DNA of 64,000 nucleotides from a virus. Taxonomy: Duplodnaviria > Caudoviricetes. The number at the start of each line of letters is the position of its first letter. The stretch's first letter is position 1. Below, one piece after another: positions 37,111-50,688 of the stretch. The stretch spans positions 43,582 through 107,581 of IMG/VR virus record IMGVR_UViG_3300013121_000018; one strand, 5' to 3'. The notes beneath the pieces are model-generated. The model saw only the letters and a list, made by a program, of their open reading frames with translations. It made no database searches and was not told where the DNA came from. A program made the position numbers and the translations under genes.

Positions 37111-40100
37111 ATCCGAACCCATTTGCTTTGTAAAATCTCTAGGAGCAATTACTAAGTCACCAGATTCTTCTGGAAGAAAACCTACAATTTCAATTCCAGA
37201 CATAGACATTAAGCCTGATGTTGGAATACGGAAACCAAATATCTTTAAAAGCGATGGGTCTAATTTATCATTATCTAGGATATATTTTCCATCAACCTTC
37301 TTGGCAAATTTCCTCATATCAATCAAACGACCATTTTGTTTAAATCTAGATGGAACAAGTACCTGTGCAAAACCACCATTTTGTATAGCAGGTTTTAAGT
37401 ATCCTTCCCATTTATCTGTATAAACAATACTGTCATCTTCCGGTATAGTTTCAGAAACTTTAGTTTTAAATCCTTCTTCACTTCCAAGAACAAATGGAGA
37501 ACCTGGCATAGCAATTTTAAGTACTCTATTCCTTACAATTGCAGTAAGCAAATTCTCATATCTATGATGTGATGCAGATAACCACAAAGGAAGTGCAAGT
37601 TCACCATCATCTGTGACAGATAATGCTAAAACATCCTTCTTTGGATAATCTCTGGAATCAGCTTCTTCTCTTAAAATATCAACAATCTTTTGTAACAGTT
37701 CTTTTTTCTTAGTAATATCTGTATTATCAGGACTTAATGTTTTTGCAATTTCATCATAAGATTCTTGACCAAGTTCTTCTAAAAGATTTTGAGATTGAAT
37801 ATCAAACAGTTTAGACATTCTGGTTTCATATTCTCTATAAAGAGCAAAACCTTTTACCTTTTTACCATTCCATTTAAAACCATCTACATTCAATAAGTTT
37901 GTAAATATAGTTTTAGATTCTTGTGTACCTCTGTTTATTTCTTCCTTTTCACCTTTAAAGGGAACTTCTTGTTGTATCTTAAAATTCCTTCTATCAAGAG
38001 TTAATGCATGTGCATCTAAAATATCAACATCATATTCCATGAAGTTACCTTCATTATTCATTACCGGAAGATTTACTTCAGGTGCTCCAACCTTATTAGC
38101 ACTCTTAAAAGAAGCCCTTACGGTTCCACCTACAATACTACCATCTTTGAATAACAACTTGCGAGATTCAAGCTTTTCCATTGCAATGCGTATCTTATCA
38201 ATCTCCTTTCCTGCTGTTAAATTTGGATTTAACGCAAAAGATGAAGATTTAATATACATATCACGCATTACAGGGTGATCACCATTCTGAAAATAATCTC
38301 CAGTGTATACTGGTTTTCTAGGTTGTAAAACCCAGTCATCAAATTCTTCAGCAACAGCAGTATCCTTAACAGCTTGTTTTAATTCAGGCATATAATAATG
38401 ATTTCCTTTCTTTATTTCATCTGAAATAGTTTTAGAAATCAAATCATAAAATCCTTTAGAAACCTCACCGTTCTTATAAGCAACATAAAGTTCTTCTAGA
38501 ACAGTTGTGTATTCTTGACCATCTGTACCTTCAATAGCACCATAAACATCAGCATCTCCTGCAAATAGTTCTTTTAATTCAGCTAAAGCTTTAGAAGACA
38601 TTTTAGTGTCATCTAAAAACACTTGAGTAAATGTTTCAGAATCAGAATCTGCTAATTTTGTTCCTGGTGCAATATTTGCTGCTAAACGTTTTGTTATGTT
38701 CGTATCTGTACCGAAGTAATTCTTTTTCCAGTATTGTGCAGGATCACCTACAAATACTTTAAAGCTTTCTGCATTTGAAATTAAGTAGTTTACTACATAA
38801 TCTTGAGCAGCAGTTTTAATTTTTTCGCCTACAAGTTTTGAAGTGTATTGTGAATCAAGTTTTTCATCGATACCAAGTTCTTTCCAATCTTCAACTTTAT
38901 CTCTTACAATGAAGTTTACAATTGATTTTAATCTTGTAGTCAATGCAGCTTCAACTTCTTCAAATATTTTTGCAGGAGTTTCTTCACCACTTGTATCAAG
39001 AAGTTCTGTTACCTTAGTTCCATTTATTTCAATTTCATTGAATTCAGGGAACATGATAAACTTATTAGCACCATCTTTGTAACCAGCAATATTGATTTGT
39101 TTACCAAATTGATTGAATTGAAAAATTCTATCAACTTCAGGTTTTACCAATAGACTGTAAAGATGTTTCCAACCATCATCATTAATATTACCTTCTTCAT
39201 CAATATACTTAGAATCGTTTGTACCAAAATCTTCAGCAATTGTCTGAATAAGAATCATTTGCGATTTATCAGACAATGTAGGAAAGAATGTTTTAATAGT
39301 TCTTCCATATTTAGAAACACCCTGCTTTGTATCCTGAAACAATGCAACTTTTACAAGTTCATGTTCAGAATCATCAAGACTTTGAATTTTTCTGTCATCT
39401 GAGTATTTCTTACCAAGTTCTTTTAATGCAGACAAAGATAAGTGGTCTATATCAAATACACTACGAAAATGTTTACCAGCTTCAGTATCAGCAGTTAATG
39501 CTTTCAGCCAAGAACTTCCTTTTGAAAATTCAGTTGCTAACAATTGTTGTAAAACAAAGTATTCCGGGTCTTTCTTATTTAAAAGATTTTCAGCATCTTG
39601 TTTTAACCAATTCAACCTATCCGTAGTTTTTTGTTCTAGGATATAAGTATACAATTGTTTTTCACCTTCTCTAAAAGAATTAGGACGCACTTCTGTACTC
39701 GTAGCAGCTTCAATCTTTGCAAGAGTTTTACTAATTACAGAATCCGTTATAGGTGTATCTTTATTAGTTACATCATCGGTTTCATCATTTATGATATTCT
39801 CTGCAGAAGCTCTATTAAGACCGTTTGCTATTTGTACAAGAAATGAAGGGCTATTTGCTTGAAGCTTCTTATTATCGCCTAAGTCTTTCCAAGAAACCTT
39901 TTGCTTATTATGTCTGTATCCGTTCTTTACAAGATTACTCCAAGCCACATCATTAAAAGTAATACCAACGTTTTCCAACCAGGTTCTTACTGTTTGTGGA
40001 TCAAGTTCTCCCCAAGATTTAAATTCTTCTATAAGTCCTTGAGCTTTATCTTTATCAAAAAGATATTCACCAGTAGTATTATCAACAGTATACAGACTAT

Positions 40101-43100
40101 TGTACATTTGACGAGTCCAATTATTAAATACAGCATCTTTAGCAGACGATGTATTTGTTTTCATTACTCGTAGTACAGTACCTTTTTTACTGTCACTATA
40201 GCCAGCATAAACCATTTTTAAAGCATGTCCAGGCATTCTGGAAACAAACTGTATAATAGTTTTAGGGTCTGCGGTTTTAAGCTTATTTACAACTTCTTGT
40301 ACCCAAGGTCTATTTTGAACTTCAGCTTCAAGTATTTCAGAAATCTTCTTCAAGTCATGAGGAGCATCTACAAGAATATCTTTCAACATGTTGTAAGCAC
40401 TTTCCCAATGGATGTATTTATCTTGACTTAAAAAGTTATACCTCTTAGAACCATCTGTATTTAAATCCAATATACCTGATAAGAACAATCTTAATTCAGT
40501 ACCAATTCTAATTTTATCATCTTTTTCAAAAGAGGCTTTATCCCAAATTTCATCAACAATATCATCGTCGTTTTCATAAGCATCTTTATCATCTCTAAAT
40601 TTAGAAAGTTTTTCAAACCTCTTTTTAGAAATTTTACCAATCTTACTCCAATTTTCAGATACTATTTTTAGATTATTAAGGTGTTGCTCAATTCTGTCAA
40701 GTTCATCTGCATATTCAGGATCATTTTTTAAATCCTCAAATGTATCAATTTCATCACGAATATCATTATGAATAGAATCTAGTATTTGTAAAGGAGTTCC
40801 TTTTCCTGATTCTAAACCTTGAGCAAATTTATTTATAATAAAATAAACAGTGTCATTGACTTTATCAGCAGTTAATCCTTCAATATAATCTGGATCATTT
40901 GCTTCACGTTGAGCAGTCTGAATTTGTACATCTTCTTCTGGTAATACTTTAGGAGACAACCTTGTACCGTCATTTAAAAAATAACTATACTTAACTTGAC
41001 CTGCACTAGAATACTTTGAAGTTTCTCTTGGAGTATATATTTGTTTTGCTAATCTGTCATATTTTATAAACTTTAATTCATTAGCGTTATTTACAGGAAT
41101 AATCGGAACCTGTAAAAAGTTTGCCAAGTTTATTAACTTTTGTATATCAAACTTTTTCTTAGACGATGTATTTAAATAAATAGCTTTTATAGAACCTGGA
41201 TAAGCTGTAATAAAAACCTCTTCATACTTTGCATTAAGGTTTTGCTCATATTTATCATCTATAACTCTATTTTTAAATTTACCTACTATTCGATTTTTTT
41301 CAGAATCTAAAGTTGAACCGACATCTTGGTTAAATGCAACATCTATTCTATGCTGTTCATGGAAAGATAACCAAAATGTTCCATCTAACATATTTTTACT
41401 TCTGCCAGTAAAAGCAGCTAATTGTAAAGTATTTCCTCTTTTAAAGAGTTCTATAAAATTATCAATAGCTTTATCAACAGTAGAAATGTTAGCATTATTC
41501 ATGTAAGCACCTACACCATGAAATACTCCATCAAAATCTTTAACACTAAAAGATTTTGCTTTTGTAAAAACATCTTTTCTTTTATAATTTGTATTTACAA
41601 TTCCACCATAAACCAAAATATTAGCAACATCCTGTAAAGTTAAAGATTTTGGTAATTTTAAATAATCTAATGCAAGTTGATTGTGATAAACAAGTTTTTC
41701 TTTAAAAGAGTTATTTTCTTTTATTAAAACCGTTTCTATCAAACCTAGCATCTTTTTTATAAATCTTATTAAAGAATTTATAAAACTAGGAGTAGCCGTA
41801 TTTAATTTTCCAGAAGAATATCTAGCTATAGTTTCAACAATAGCTTCTTCCATCTGTTCTTCCGCAGAAAGATTTTTATATTTTTCTTTTACATCTTTTA
41901 ATATTTCACGTCCTTCTTTTGTACCATTTATTTGAGATTTTAAATCTGAATACGCAGATGAATTATTGTTTTTTAATGTTTCTATTAAAGGATGTGCAAA
42001 TTCATGGAAGACTGATGTAGAATTTAAATATCTCTTATTTAAATATACAACACCATTTTCAAACTTACCTGACCATTTTCCGCTATCAAATACAAATTCA
42101 ACATGAATAGAAAATCTATCACTTAACCCTTTTGCTAGTTTTTCAATATTCCAAGTATCTGTTTGATTTTCTAAAAACAAAGACAGTCTCGTATCAGCCT
42201 GTTTAAGACGATTTAAGGCAGCCTTTTTCTTAGTGACATCTTGTACCTTAGTTTCTGTTTTAAATGTTTCTACAGGCTTAAGCTCATCTTTAAATATTAC
42301 CTTACTGCCATCACTGGGATTTTCTAAACTTTTTACAATAGAAATATTAGCTTCGCTTCCAGATAACAAACCAAAATTACCCTGATCATCTATAATATTC
42401 GCAACAGGAGATAAGGTATCTGTAGTACCATCTATAAAAGTTACAATAGTAAATTGATTTTTTCTAAACTTTTTAAATTTACTAATTGCTTCTTTTAAAT
42501 CAGTAGGAGCAGCCCCCTTATTTACCTCCAGACTGCTCTCTGAAACTGATACATCTTTCATAGAAATATTGATATAAGGCTGAACAGTATAAGCATACTT
42601 TCCATTTCCTACATCAATACCTTCAATATTAGTATGAACTAATTCTTTTACAAAGTCTTTATATTTCCAAGTATCATCGCCAAGTTTAATATCCTTATTG
42701 GATTCCATATGCTTTGCAGAAGTTGCTGTATAAGATTCAGCAAGAACTTCATTCAATATACCTAAGATAAGTTTTTTAGCATCTTCACCAACTTGCATAT
42801 CATTTGATAAACGAATATAGTTTACTTTACTTGCAACAGGTTTTCCATCTGTTCTGGATATAATTAAAGCACCTTCTTTTGGAATAATATTATACTGATA
42901 ACTAACTTTAGTGTACTTGTTTTTATTTCCACCATCGCCTCTCCAATTAATAAATTGACGAATATGGTCTGTCAATACATTTATATTTCTATCCTTTTCA
43001 GGAAGAGAAATAAATCTTTCTACAGTACGAGTAATATTATCAACAATTCTTTGTCCAACGGGAGTTTCACTTAATTTCTTATGCCATACTGGTACAGCTA

Positions 43101-46100
43101 CATGTTCGTTACCACGTACTTGAAGAATAGAATATGTTTGACCAATGTGATTCTCAGAAGCTATTTTAGGTGCATTTATTACTTTTCCATCTTTAAACAA
43201 TGGATGTAATTCATTACCATCAAATAGTCTACCTTCAGAACCTACATAAGCAATTGATGCTGTTGGTTGATACTTTGCAACACTTGCTTGTGGCTTCTTA
43301 CCACGAGAAGTATTAAATTGACCATAACCTTTAAACTCAATAGTAGTTTCAACTTTACCGGTTTCAAATACTTGTTGTCTAAAGTTATTAAGAATATCAA
43401 GTTGTTCCTGTGCTTCAGCAGGACTGATAGGAACTTCTCTACTCCAAGTTTTATTGGAATTAGTATACTTTACTTTATCAGATACTTCATAATGACTTTC
43501 ATTAGTCAATCCACCAATGAGAACATCACCATCAACAGTTCTAACTTCCATATACTTAGTTTGATATGGACGTTTTTCATCATCGATTCTAGAAGCTTCA
43601 TCTGGATGTGGTGCAAGTTGTACATAAATTTTTGTTCCAGGTAAAAGATTATCTGGATTGATATTATATGTATAATCTACTTTATCAGTACCATCAGTAA
43701 TTTCATCTGCAGTCCTTGTATAAGGAATATTTAAGAACATCAACCTTGATGCATCCTGAAACGGATTCTTAGAAGAATCATCATCTGCAGATTGTTCTGT
43801 AATAGACTTCTCTGTAAATTCATCAGTTGCATCTGGATTAATTACTTTTGCAATTTCAGCTTGCTTTGCAGCAGCTTCTTGCATTTGTTGTTCTACAGGG
43901 ATAGGTTCCCCAAAAACATCATCGAGATTCGTTACTTCTCCGGATTCTTTTGCCTGTTTCTTTAGACCGGCCATGAAATCACTTTCATCAAATCCAAACA
44001 ATTCATTAACAGCTACAGGTTTTTCAATTTCCTGTTCTGCAACTTCAGCTTTACTTTGTACTTGAGTTTGCTTTACAGCTTGTTGTGCATTCTGCTTTAC
44101 AGGCTGTGTAACTTCTTCAGGAAGGTCTGCTTCTTGAATAGCATTTTCAATTTCTTCTTTGTACTTAGAATCTTTCTTAGGATTCTTATTTTCAATTTCA
44201 TTGACCTTTTCGGCAAACTCTGTTTGTTTAGAAAGCTTTTGTTGAAATTCATCAGATGTGATTTCATCATACTCATTCTTTAAGTCTTCAATACTTTGTG
44301 CTAAAGAATCTGTTTTATCTTTGATGTCTTTAGCATCACGATATTCTTTTGTATTTCTTAAATAATTTGCTGTCTTGTTATAAGTAGCCGCAGCTTTTCC
44401 TTCATTTGGATTATTTCCAGAAAGAATATCTTCTGCATTATAAGAAAGAATCTTTTCTCTAGTAAGAGTATTATTTGTACCAGCTTCTTGAATAGTTTCT
44501 GATGCACCTGACCTAGTTGTATACTTTCCTGCTTTTATACCAGATTCAATTCTACTAGACAACTTAGAAGTTGCACCATTTAATTTATCTTGGTATTCGT
44601 TTAAAAGCTTTTCTTGTAAAAGAATATTTGCCGCAGTAGTATAAACTTGAGAAGAATTTTGATAATTACTTGCTTCAATAAATTGACTTTCAAGTTCTTT
44701 AATTGTACTTACAGCTTCTGCTGCTTTCTGCTTTGCAAATTGCGGATCAAGACCTTGAGCTTCATATTGTTCATCTGTAAAGCTTCCAAGCTTCTGATAA
44801 ACATCTAATAGGTTTTCGGTTGTACCAGATTCAAATGCTCTTTGTGCTTGGTATATTAACAGATTATCTGTGGCCTTTTGAAAAGCTTCTTTATTACCAG
44901 TAGCAGCTACAGCATTAACATTTGCTAAAAGATTTTGTTGTTCTTCTGCAGATGTAAATGCATCAGTCAATCCTTTAAAACCAGAAACATTTGCAATTGT
45001 ATTTTGTTGTGCAATTACTTTCTGTTGTTCATCGTACCTTTGATTATTCAGGAAATTTGATGAAACAAGTTTTCCTTCATCTGTACGATGTGCAGGAATG
45101 CTTTTTGAAAAATGTGTCAATGCTGTTTGACCAGCACCACCAACAAAACCAAGCAATGCATTTTCAGCACCTTGTTTTGTAAGTACATCTGACAAAGCTT
45201 CAGACCATCCATACTTTTTACCAGCAGCTTCAGCCCTTGCTTTATTTTCAGCAATCATGTTTACAGTCTCCTCACCCATTTCTTGAAAACCTTCCTTACC
45301 CATTTCACCAAGGGCACGTTTACCCGTAGATTTTGTAAGAAGTTGTCTTGTAAGAGTTGGAGGACGAACAAATGCTTTAGCACTTGTAATATTCAATAGA
45401 ATATTAATTCTATTCAAATCTATAGATGTAGATGCTGCAGTTGCAGCAGCCATCTTAGCAGCTTCTGGAGAAAGTCCTTCTTGCAACTTTTCATTATAAA
45501 CATCGTTATAAACATTTGTTGCAATACCAATAGATTCTGCTTGATTAAGTGCTGCAGAGTTTGCCAACCATTTTGCACCTTCAACTGCTTTAGTAGTATT
45601 GTTAAGTGAATTAAGCCATTTAACACTATTTGCAGCCTTTCCAAGCATACCTATTCCAGCACCAGTCAAATAACCAGTAGCAACAAATGATGTTGCTGAT
45701 TCAACTAAGGAAGAACCATTATCCCACCACCAAGCAGGATCACCTATGTCTAAAGGTTTTCCTGGTTCCGCCCTATAAATTGGAGCAGATTCTTTGATGT
45801 CAGTCTTAATAGACTCCATAGCATTTGTCAACCAGTTTCCTACTTCATCATCTTGATTCATGTAATCCTCAAAATCAAGAGCACTGGCAACATTTCCTAT
45901 AATACTAAACGGAATTTGAAACAATCTTTTTGAAGCTTGGATACCCATATCCAATCCTGTCTGATTAGAGTTGCGTATCTTTTGCTGCAAATCAGCGGCA
46001 GACCGTCCCAGTCCTGTATCATAGGTGTTGACTTCTTCTCCACCCGGAGGCGTATAAAACCTATTACTTTGCATCAGGTAATCAGAAGGCACTACTGCTT

Positions 46101-46143
46101 GTTCTTTACCTTCAATAAGATCTATTATTCTCGATTTAGCCAT
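37111..46143 (-). CDS. Virion RNA polymerase polyprotein, exon 1; complement(join(31705..36171,37111..46143)), ~4499 aa
   Basis: PTLSDKS, KRLAA.IAPG, TDGQEY, K.SS, QQEVP, FRIPT and QMGSD motifs of crAss-like vRNAPs; ATG 46143 overlaps the upstream stop. Confidence 0.9.
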
Positions 46144-48191
46144 TATTTTATTTTTGTATTTCTTGTTACGTTGTCTACATCTTGTGCAGTCCAAACACGT
46201 TTAGTGCCGTCTGGATTGTAAAGAACATTACCATCATCATCCAATATATTAACAGGTTGATTTGTTAATGGATTAATAAGAGCAACATCTTTCATTACAA
46301 ATGAATTCTCGTAAGGATTCTTATTTAAATTACTCCACTGTTCCCAAGCAGCCAAAGCATCTTTTTGAGAAGCTTGTCCTTTTGTTACAGCATCTTGTAT
46401 TTTCCTATAATTTTCGTATGCTAGGTCTTTTGCATAAACATCTTTAGAAACTACCTTAATACCAGCAGGAAACTGTTCTCTTAAAACAGGATTGACTGGT
46501 TGAAATGTAACATCAGGTGTAGCATCATTAAGTTTTGCTTGATTGATTCTATATGAATCACTATTCAAAGTTTCTTCTTGTAAGCTTTTAGGGCCAACCA
46601 CAAAAGTCCAAGCTTTTCCGTTTTCATCAACATAAGATGCTTTTTGTCCAGAAGGCATTACACCATTAGGTACATCCATTTCTTCTGTAATAGAACCATT
46701 TTCAATAAGACGTTTAAGTTTTCCTTCGTTAAAAGTACCATCAGTATTTACTATTCCCATTTGTTTACCTAATTCTATACCAGTCATTGTTCCAACTTCT
46801 CCAGGCATTATAGTTGTAACTGTCATATCATTTGTAAACATTGAACCTGCTGTAGCACCTTCTTTACCTTTAGTTACACCGAACAATGCTGAAGTCCACA
46901 TATCTCTTTCTTTTTCATCATACAGTTTTACAATAGCATCTGTATTAGAAAGAGCCTGTCTTTTTTCATTATATTTTTGTTGCATGAAAGCGTATGCTTG
47001 TTCATTTGACATTTTAGATAAATTAGATGCAAATTCATCTGCAATACCTTTAATTTGTGGAGGAGCATTTTCCAACCAAGTTTTAAATGGAACATTTGTA
47101 TATTCCCTTACTTTTTTAGGAGTTCCTATAAATTCATTTCCACCAACAGTTCTTGCATCAGAATAGTCTACTCTTTCTACATAAGGTCTTCCTTGTTCAT
47201 CTAAACCAGAAGCTATATCGCTCCACTCAGGCATACCAGAATTTGAATTAAATATCTGTGTTCTTAGATAAACATCATTCATTGTAAGTTTATCTTTTTC
47301 TTCCTTAGTACGAAGTCTTGATTTAAGTTCCTCCATTTCGGCCTCATGAGTTACCTGATTATAGTCATAACTAGATTTAGAATATGCTTTACCAGTAGCT
47401 GCTGCATCAAGCATTTTATTTATTCCAGCAATGGCATCTGTACCAGTAGCTTCTCCATAAACAACAGCACTTGTTAGCATTTCAGGGGAAATTTGACCAA
47501 CTAAAGCATCAAGAACTTTTTTCTTGTCAATATGTTCTACTTTACCTGTTCTAAAAAAACTTTTTAATGATACACCAGAAGGAATAAGACCAGGTTGAAT
47601 TGAAAATTGGTCTGCTTCAATATTATCAAGAATAGTATCAATATGCTTAGTCCACTTTTCAGGACTGAAGTATTGATACATATTAGGTTGATTTACTGAA
47701 CCATAACCGGTATCTGTCTTATATGGTTGAATATCAATATTTTTCTTATAGTATTTATACAACTCTGGTGCATACTGATCTGATTTAGGATCGAGATATG
47801 TTTCTTGTAATCGTTTATCAATTTCAGTATACTTCTGCAACCGCTGTTGAAACATATCTGCTGCACCACCAGGTTGAAAATCCATTTTTCTTTTAGCAGT
47901 TACTTCACGTAAGAGTTGATTACCTTTAGTAATATCTCCAGAAGCAAAAGCATCTGTTACATTTTTAATATCAGCCTGAACTGTTTTATTATAAGTTTCA
48001 ACATCAGGTCTGTCTTGTTCCATGTGTTTAGGAATCAAAGCACTTAAAGCAGGAATTGTATCATAAGTTTCTTGTTGCTTATCAAGTGTCTTCAACCATT
48101 CATCATACTTTGGCTCCCAAATTTGTATATTCGGATTAACCCATGAATAATCTTTATTCACAGGTTTCATAAATCTATTTATTGCTGCCAT
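46143..48191 (-). CDS. Internal virion (cargo) protein
   Basis: Synteny upstream of the vRNAP; 682 aa. Confidence 0.6.
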   Translation of the reverse strand: MAAINRFMKPVNKDYSWVNPNIQIWEPKYDEWLKTLDKQQETYDTIPALSALIPKHMEQDRPDVETYNKTVQADIKNVTDAFASGDITKGNQLLREVTAKRKMDFQPGGAADMFQQRLQKYTEIDKRLQETYLDPKSDQYAPELYKYYKKNIDIQPYKTDTGYGSVNQPNMYQYFSPEKWTKHIDTILDNIEADQFSIQPGLIPSGVSLKSFFRTGKVEHIDKKKVLDALVGQISPEMLTSAVVYGEATGTDAIAGINKMLDAAATGKAYSKSSYDYNQVTHEAEMEELKSRLRTKEEKDKLTMNDVYLRTQIFNSNSGMPEWSDIASGLDEQGRPYVERVDYSDARTVGGNEFIGTPKKVREYTNVPFKTWLENAPPQIKGIADEFASNLSKMSNEQAYAFMQQKYNEKRQALSNTDAIVKLYDEKERDMWTSALFGVTKGKEGATAGSMFTNDMTVTTIMPGEVGTMTGIELGKQMGIVNTDGTFNEGKLKRLIENGSITEEMDVPNGVMPSGQKASYVDENGKAWTFVVGPKSLQEETLNSDSYRINQAKLNDATPDVTFQPVNPVLREQFPAGIKVVSKDVYAKDLAYENYRKIQDAVTKGQASQKDALAAWEQWSNLNKNPYENSFVMKDVALINPLTNQPVNILDDDGNVLYNPDGTKRVWTAQDVDNVTRNTKIK

Positions 48192-48192
48192 A

Positions 48193-49140
48193 TTACTTTG
48201 TATTATTTAATGTATTAATTACAAGGTCAACATCATCGATAACACATTCATGGCGACCTTCAAACTCTTTTAACGGCATGTATTTGTATGGTTTTAATAT
48301 TTTTAGTAATTTGTGTTCTAAGTCCCAAATATATTTAGGTGAACCTATTGTTACATCAATAATTTCCAAAGTGTATCCTTGTTTTGAACTAAACCTTTGC
48401 ATAACATTTTTCTTTGAAGTAATTCCTATTTTAATAAAAGATTCTATTGAATCTTTAAATCTTATAATATATAATTTTGGAATTTTATTTTCACATCTTT
48501 TTTCCCAATTTGAATATGTCCAACCTACATTATACTTTCCACATTCAGGACATCCTTTTCCCGCTAAATGAGCACCTGGTGTTTGGTTAAACATGCCATG
48601 TTCGGGGCATGTTATAATTACTTTAGTTTTATTATTAATATAATTTACAATATCGTAATTATATCGATTAGTATGTATCTTTTTAGCAGCATCTATAAAA
48701 TAATTTGTATCTTTTCTATGATTTAAACCATTTACTATACTTCCACAAATGGCACAGCCACTACCCGCCAAATGACTTGCTGCAGTAATAGAGAATTGTC
48801 CATGTTGAGGACAAATAACATTAATAAAATTAACACAACCTGTATATTCAACTAAAGAATAATCATATTTGTTTTCATGTTTTAACACCAATTCTTGAAT
48901 AAATTCTTCAGTAGTTCTTTTTAATCTTCCTTTTAATAAATTTGCTGTGTTTAAGGTAGAACATAGAGGACACCCTGCTCCATTTAAATGGTTATAATAT
49001 CTTTGCTTAAATATACCGTGCTCTTTACAAATAATATTTATATCATTAGTAGAACCTGTATAAGTTACTAAAGAATAATCATATTTATTTCCGTGAATTT
49101 CTATAGCAGAATCAATAATGTTTTCTGTAGTTCTCTTCAT
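48193..49140 (-). CDS. Free-standing putative homing endonuclease (CxxHG/DUF723-like repeats plus GIY-YIG-like C-terminus)
   Basis: Three C.xHG..HL.G.GC..C repeats; LYII...FIKIGIT...R...E...EC. Confidence 0.8.
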   Translation of the reverse strand: MKRTTENIIDSAIEIHGNKYDYSLVTYTGSTNDINIICKEHGIFKQRYYNHLNGAGCPLCSTLNTANLLKGRLKRTTEEFIQELVLKHENKYDYSLVEYTGCVNFINVICPQHGQFSITAASHLAGSGCAICGSIVNGLNHRKDTNYFIDAAKKIHTNRYNYDIVNYINNKTKVIITCPEHGMFNQTPGAHLAGKGCPECGKYNVGWTYSNWEKRCENKIPKLYIIRFKDSIESFIKIGITSKKNVMQRFSSKQGYTLEIIDVTIGSPKYIWDLEHKLLKILKPYKYMPLKEFEGRHECVIDDVDLVINTLNNTK

Positions 49141-50687
49141 TTTCTGAAAGATATAGGACTCTTTCCTTCTTTAATGGACTGTAAGAATTCTTCTGCTTCA
49201 CCTACTGTGAAGTTCAAACCTCTGGCTTTAGCCAAAGCAGAAAACTCTTTCATATTCATATCGGCAATGTCCTTTCTATTTGCAAGTTCTTCTCTAAAAC
49301 CTTGATACTGATTAAATGAACTTCCTATTTGTGTAAGTTCAGAAAACATTTGATCATTGAATTGTTGTTTAGCAGCTTCATTTTGAAGATTATCAACTTG
49401 ATTTTGATAAGTTCTATTTGCAATATCTTGAGCTTTTCCTGCACGATATTGTCCTCTTGTAACATCTAATTGAGAATTAGTATTTCTTTCTGCCATATTA
49501 ATTCCAGAAAGTTTATCTTGCAAATCTGCAATCCTTGCTTGTTCTCTATTACGGAATTGTTGAAATCCAGAAGATGTTCCACGATTCATATTTGACAAAT
49601 AATTTGATACACCTAAAGCATCTTGTTCTGCAGAAGTATAATCAATAGAGGCTCTATTAAATGAATTATCTGCATCTTGGTAATCTGGAAGAATTAATCT
49701 TTCTTTCTGAGCCGGTTTAAGGGCATTTGCGACACTTCCTGCAAAACCTAAACCCTTAGCAACCAAAGCTGGTATATTGTAGTTAAAAGGCTTCTTTTCA
49801 GGTGTAGCACCACCTGTGATACCAGACTTGTCATCAAAAACAGGGCTTACATCTGTAGGATTCCCTCTAGGTGTAGTTTCAGCATTATCAAAAGAATATG
49901 GAGTATCGTCGTAAGTTTTATTTGGGCTTTTAGTCAAAGTTGCTTTTACAAATTCAGCTATACTTTTAGGTCTAGTACCATAAGAAACTTCTTCTCGTTT
50001 TAAAGATTCTTGTGGAGTTATTCCAAACCAAGGATCAGGTACTGTTGGTACTGAAATATCATAAGCGCCGTCTCCAAACGAAAAAGGATCGCTTATGTGT
50101 GGTAAGTTTTCATTACCCGCTTGTCCAACCATTCCTGGAGTTACTTTATAAGGTAACTGTGGAAGAGGTTCTAAATCAATTCCATTTGGTGCTTGTGGCA
50201 TTGCTGAATCAATTGCTTCAGAAACACTTCTAACAACATCATTTGTTTTAGAAAGATTTTCTGCTTCAACATTTAAACCAGCCTTCTTAATCATATCCAT
50301 GTCAGAACCTTTGTATTTCTTTACAAGTTTCTGCATATCAATATTAAATTTATTTCCTGTTTTCGGATTTGTAAGTTCGTCTGAGTACACGTAATTCTTA
50401 AATGTGTTTTCGTTATTTTGTATTTCCGCTACAGGTTTAGTTGTAGAAGGATTACCATTTGCATCAACTGTTTGCCCACCTTGAGCATGGTCTGGTGCAG
50501 AATACTGTGTAAATTCATTTGGAAGAATTCCTCCTTTTTTCATCTTACCGTAAGGACTAGCATTATACGTCATGTCAGGAACAACCGGAGCAGCAGTAAT
50601 CTGCTCCAGCTTTTCCTGAAGAATGGGTTCTATTAATTGAGCAGCAGTTAATAAACCGCCCAAAGGATATTTTTTATTTTTTCTCAT
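49137..50687 (-). CDS. Internal virion (cargo 1-like) protein
   Basis: Follows the muzzle gene; YPLGG/MKKGG motifs, H.QGG, E..E...VYS..L. Confidence 0.65.
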   Translation of the reverse strand: MRKNKKYPLGGLLTAAQLIEPILQEKLEQITAAPVVPDMTYNASPYGKMKKGGILPNEFTQYSAPDHAQGGQTVDANGNPSTTKPVAEIQNNENTFKNYVYSDELTNPKTGNKFNIDMQKLVKKYKGSDMDMIKKAGLNVEAENLSKTNDVVRSVSEAIDSAMPQAPNGIDLEPLPQLPYKVTPGMVGQAGNENLPHISDPFSFGDGAYDISVPTVPDPWFGITPQESLKREEVSYGTRPKSIAEFVKATLTKSPNKTYDDTPYSFDNAETTPRGNPTDVSPVFDDKSGITGGATPEKKPFNYNIPALVAKGLGFAGSVANALKPAQKERLILPDYQDADNSFNRASIDYTSAEQDALGVSNYLSNMNRGTSSGFQQFRNREQARIADLQDKLSGINMAERNTNSQLDVTRGQYRAGKAQDIANRTYQNQVDNLQNEAAKQQFNDQMFSELTQIGSSFNQYQGFREELANRKDIADMNMKEFSALAKARGLNFTVGEAEEFLQSIKEGKSPISFRK

Positions 50688-50688
50688 T

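Noticed and set aside
28700-46221. Many short + strand ORFs opposite the large virion genes, and similar - strand ORFs in the left arm
   Set aside because: They are antisense shadows with Ser/Phe/Leu-rich composition and no recognisable motifs.
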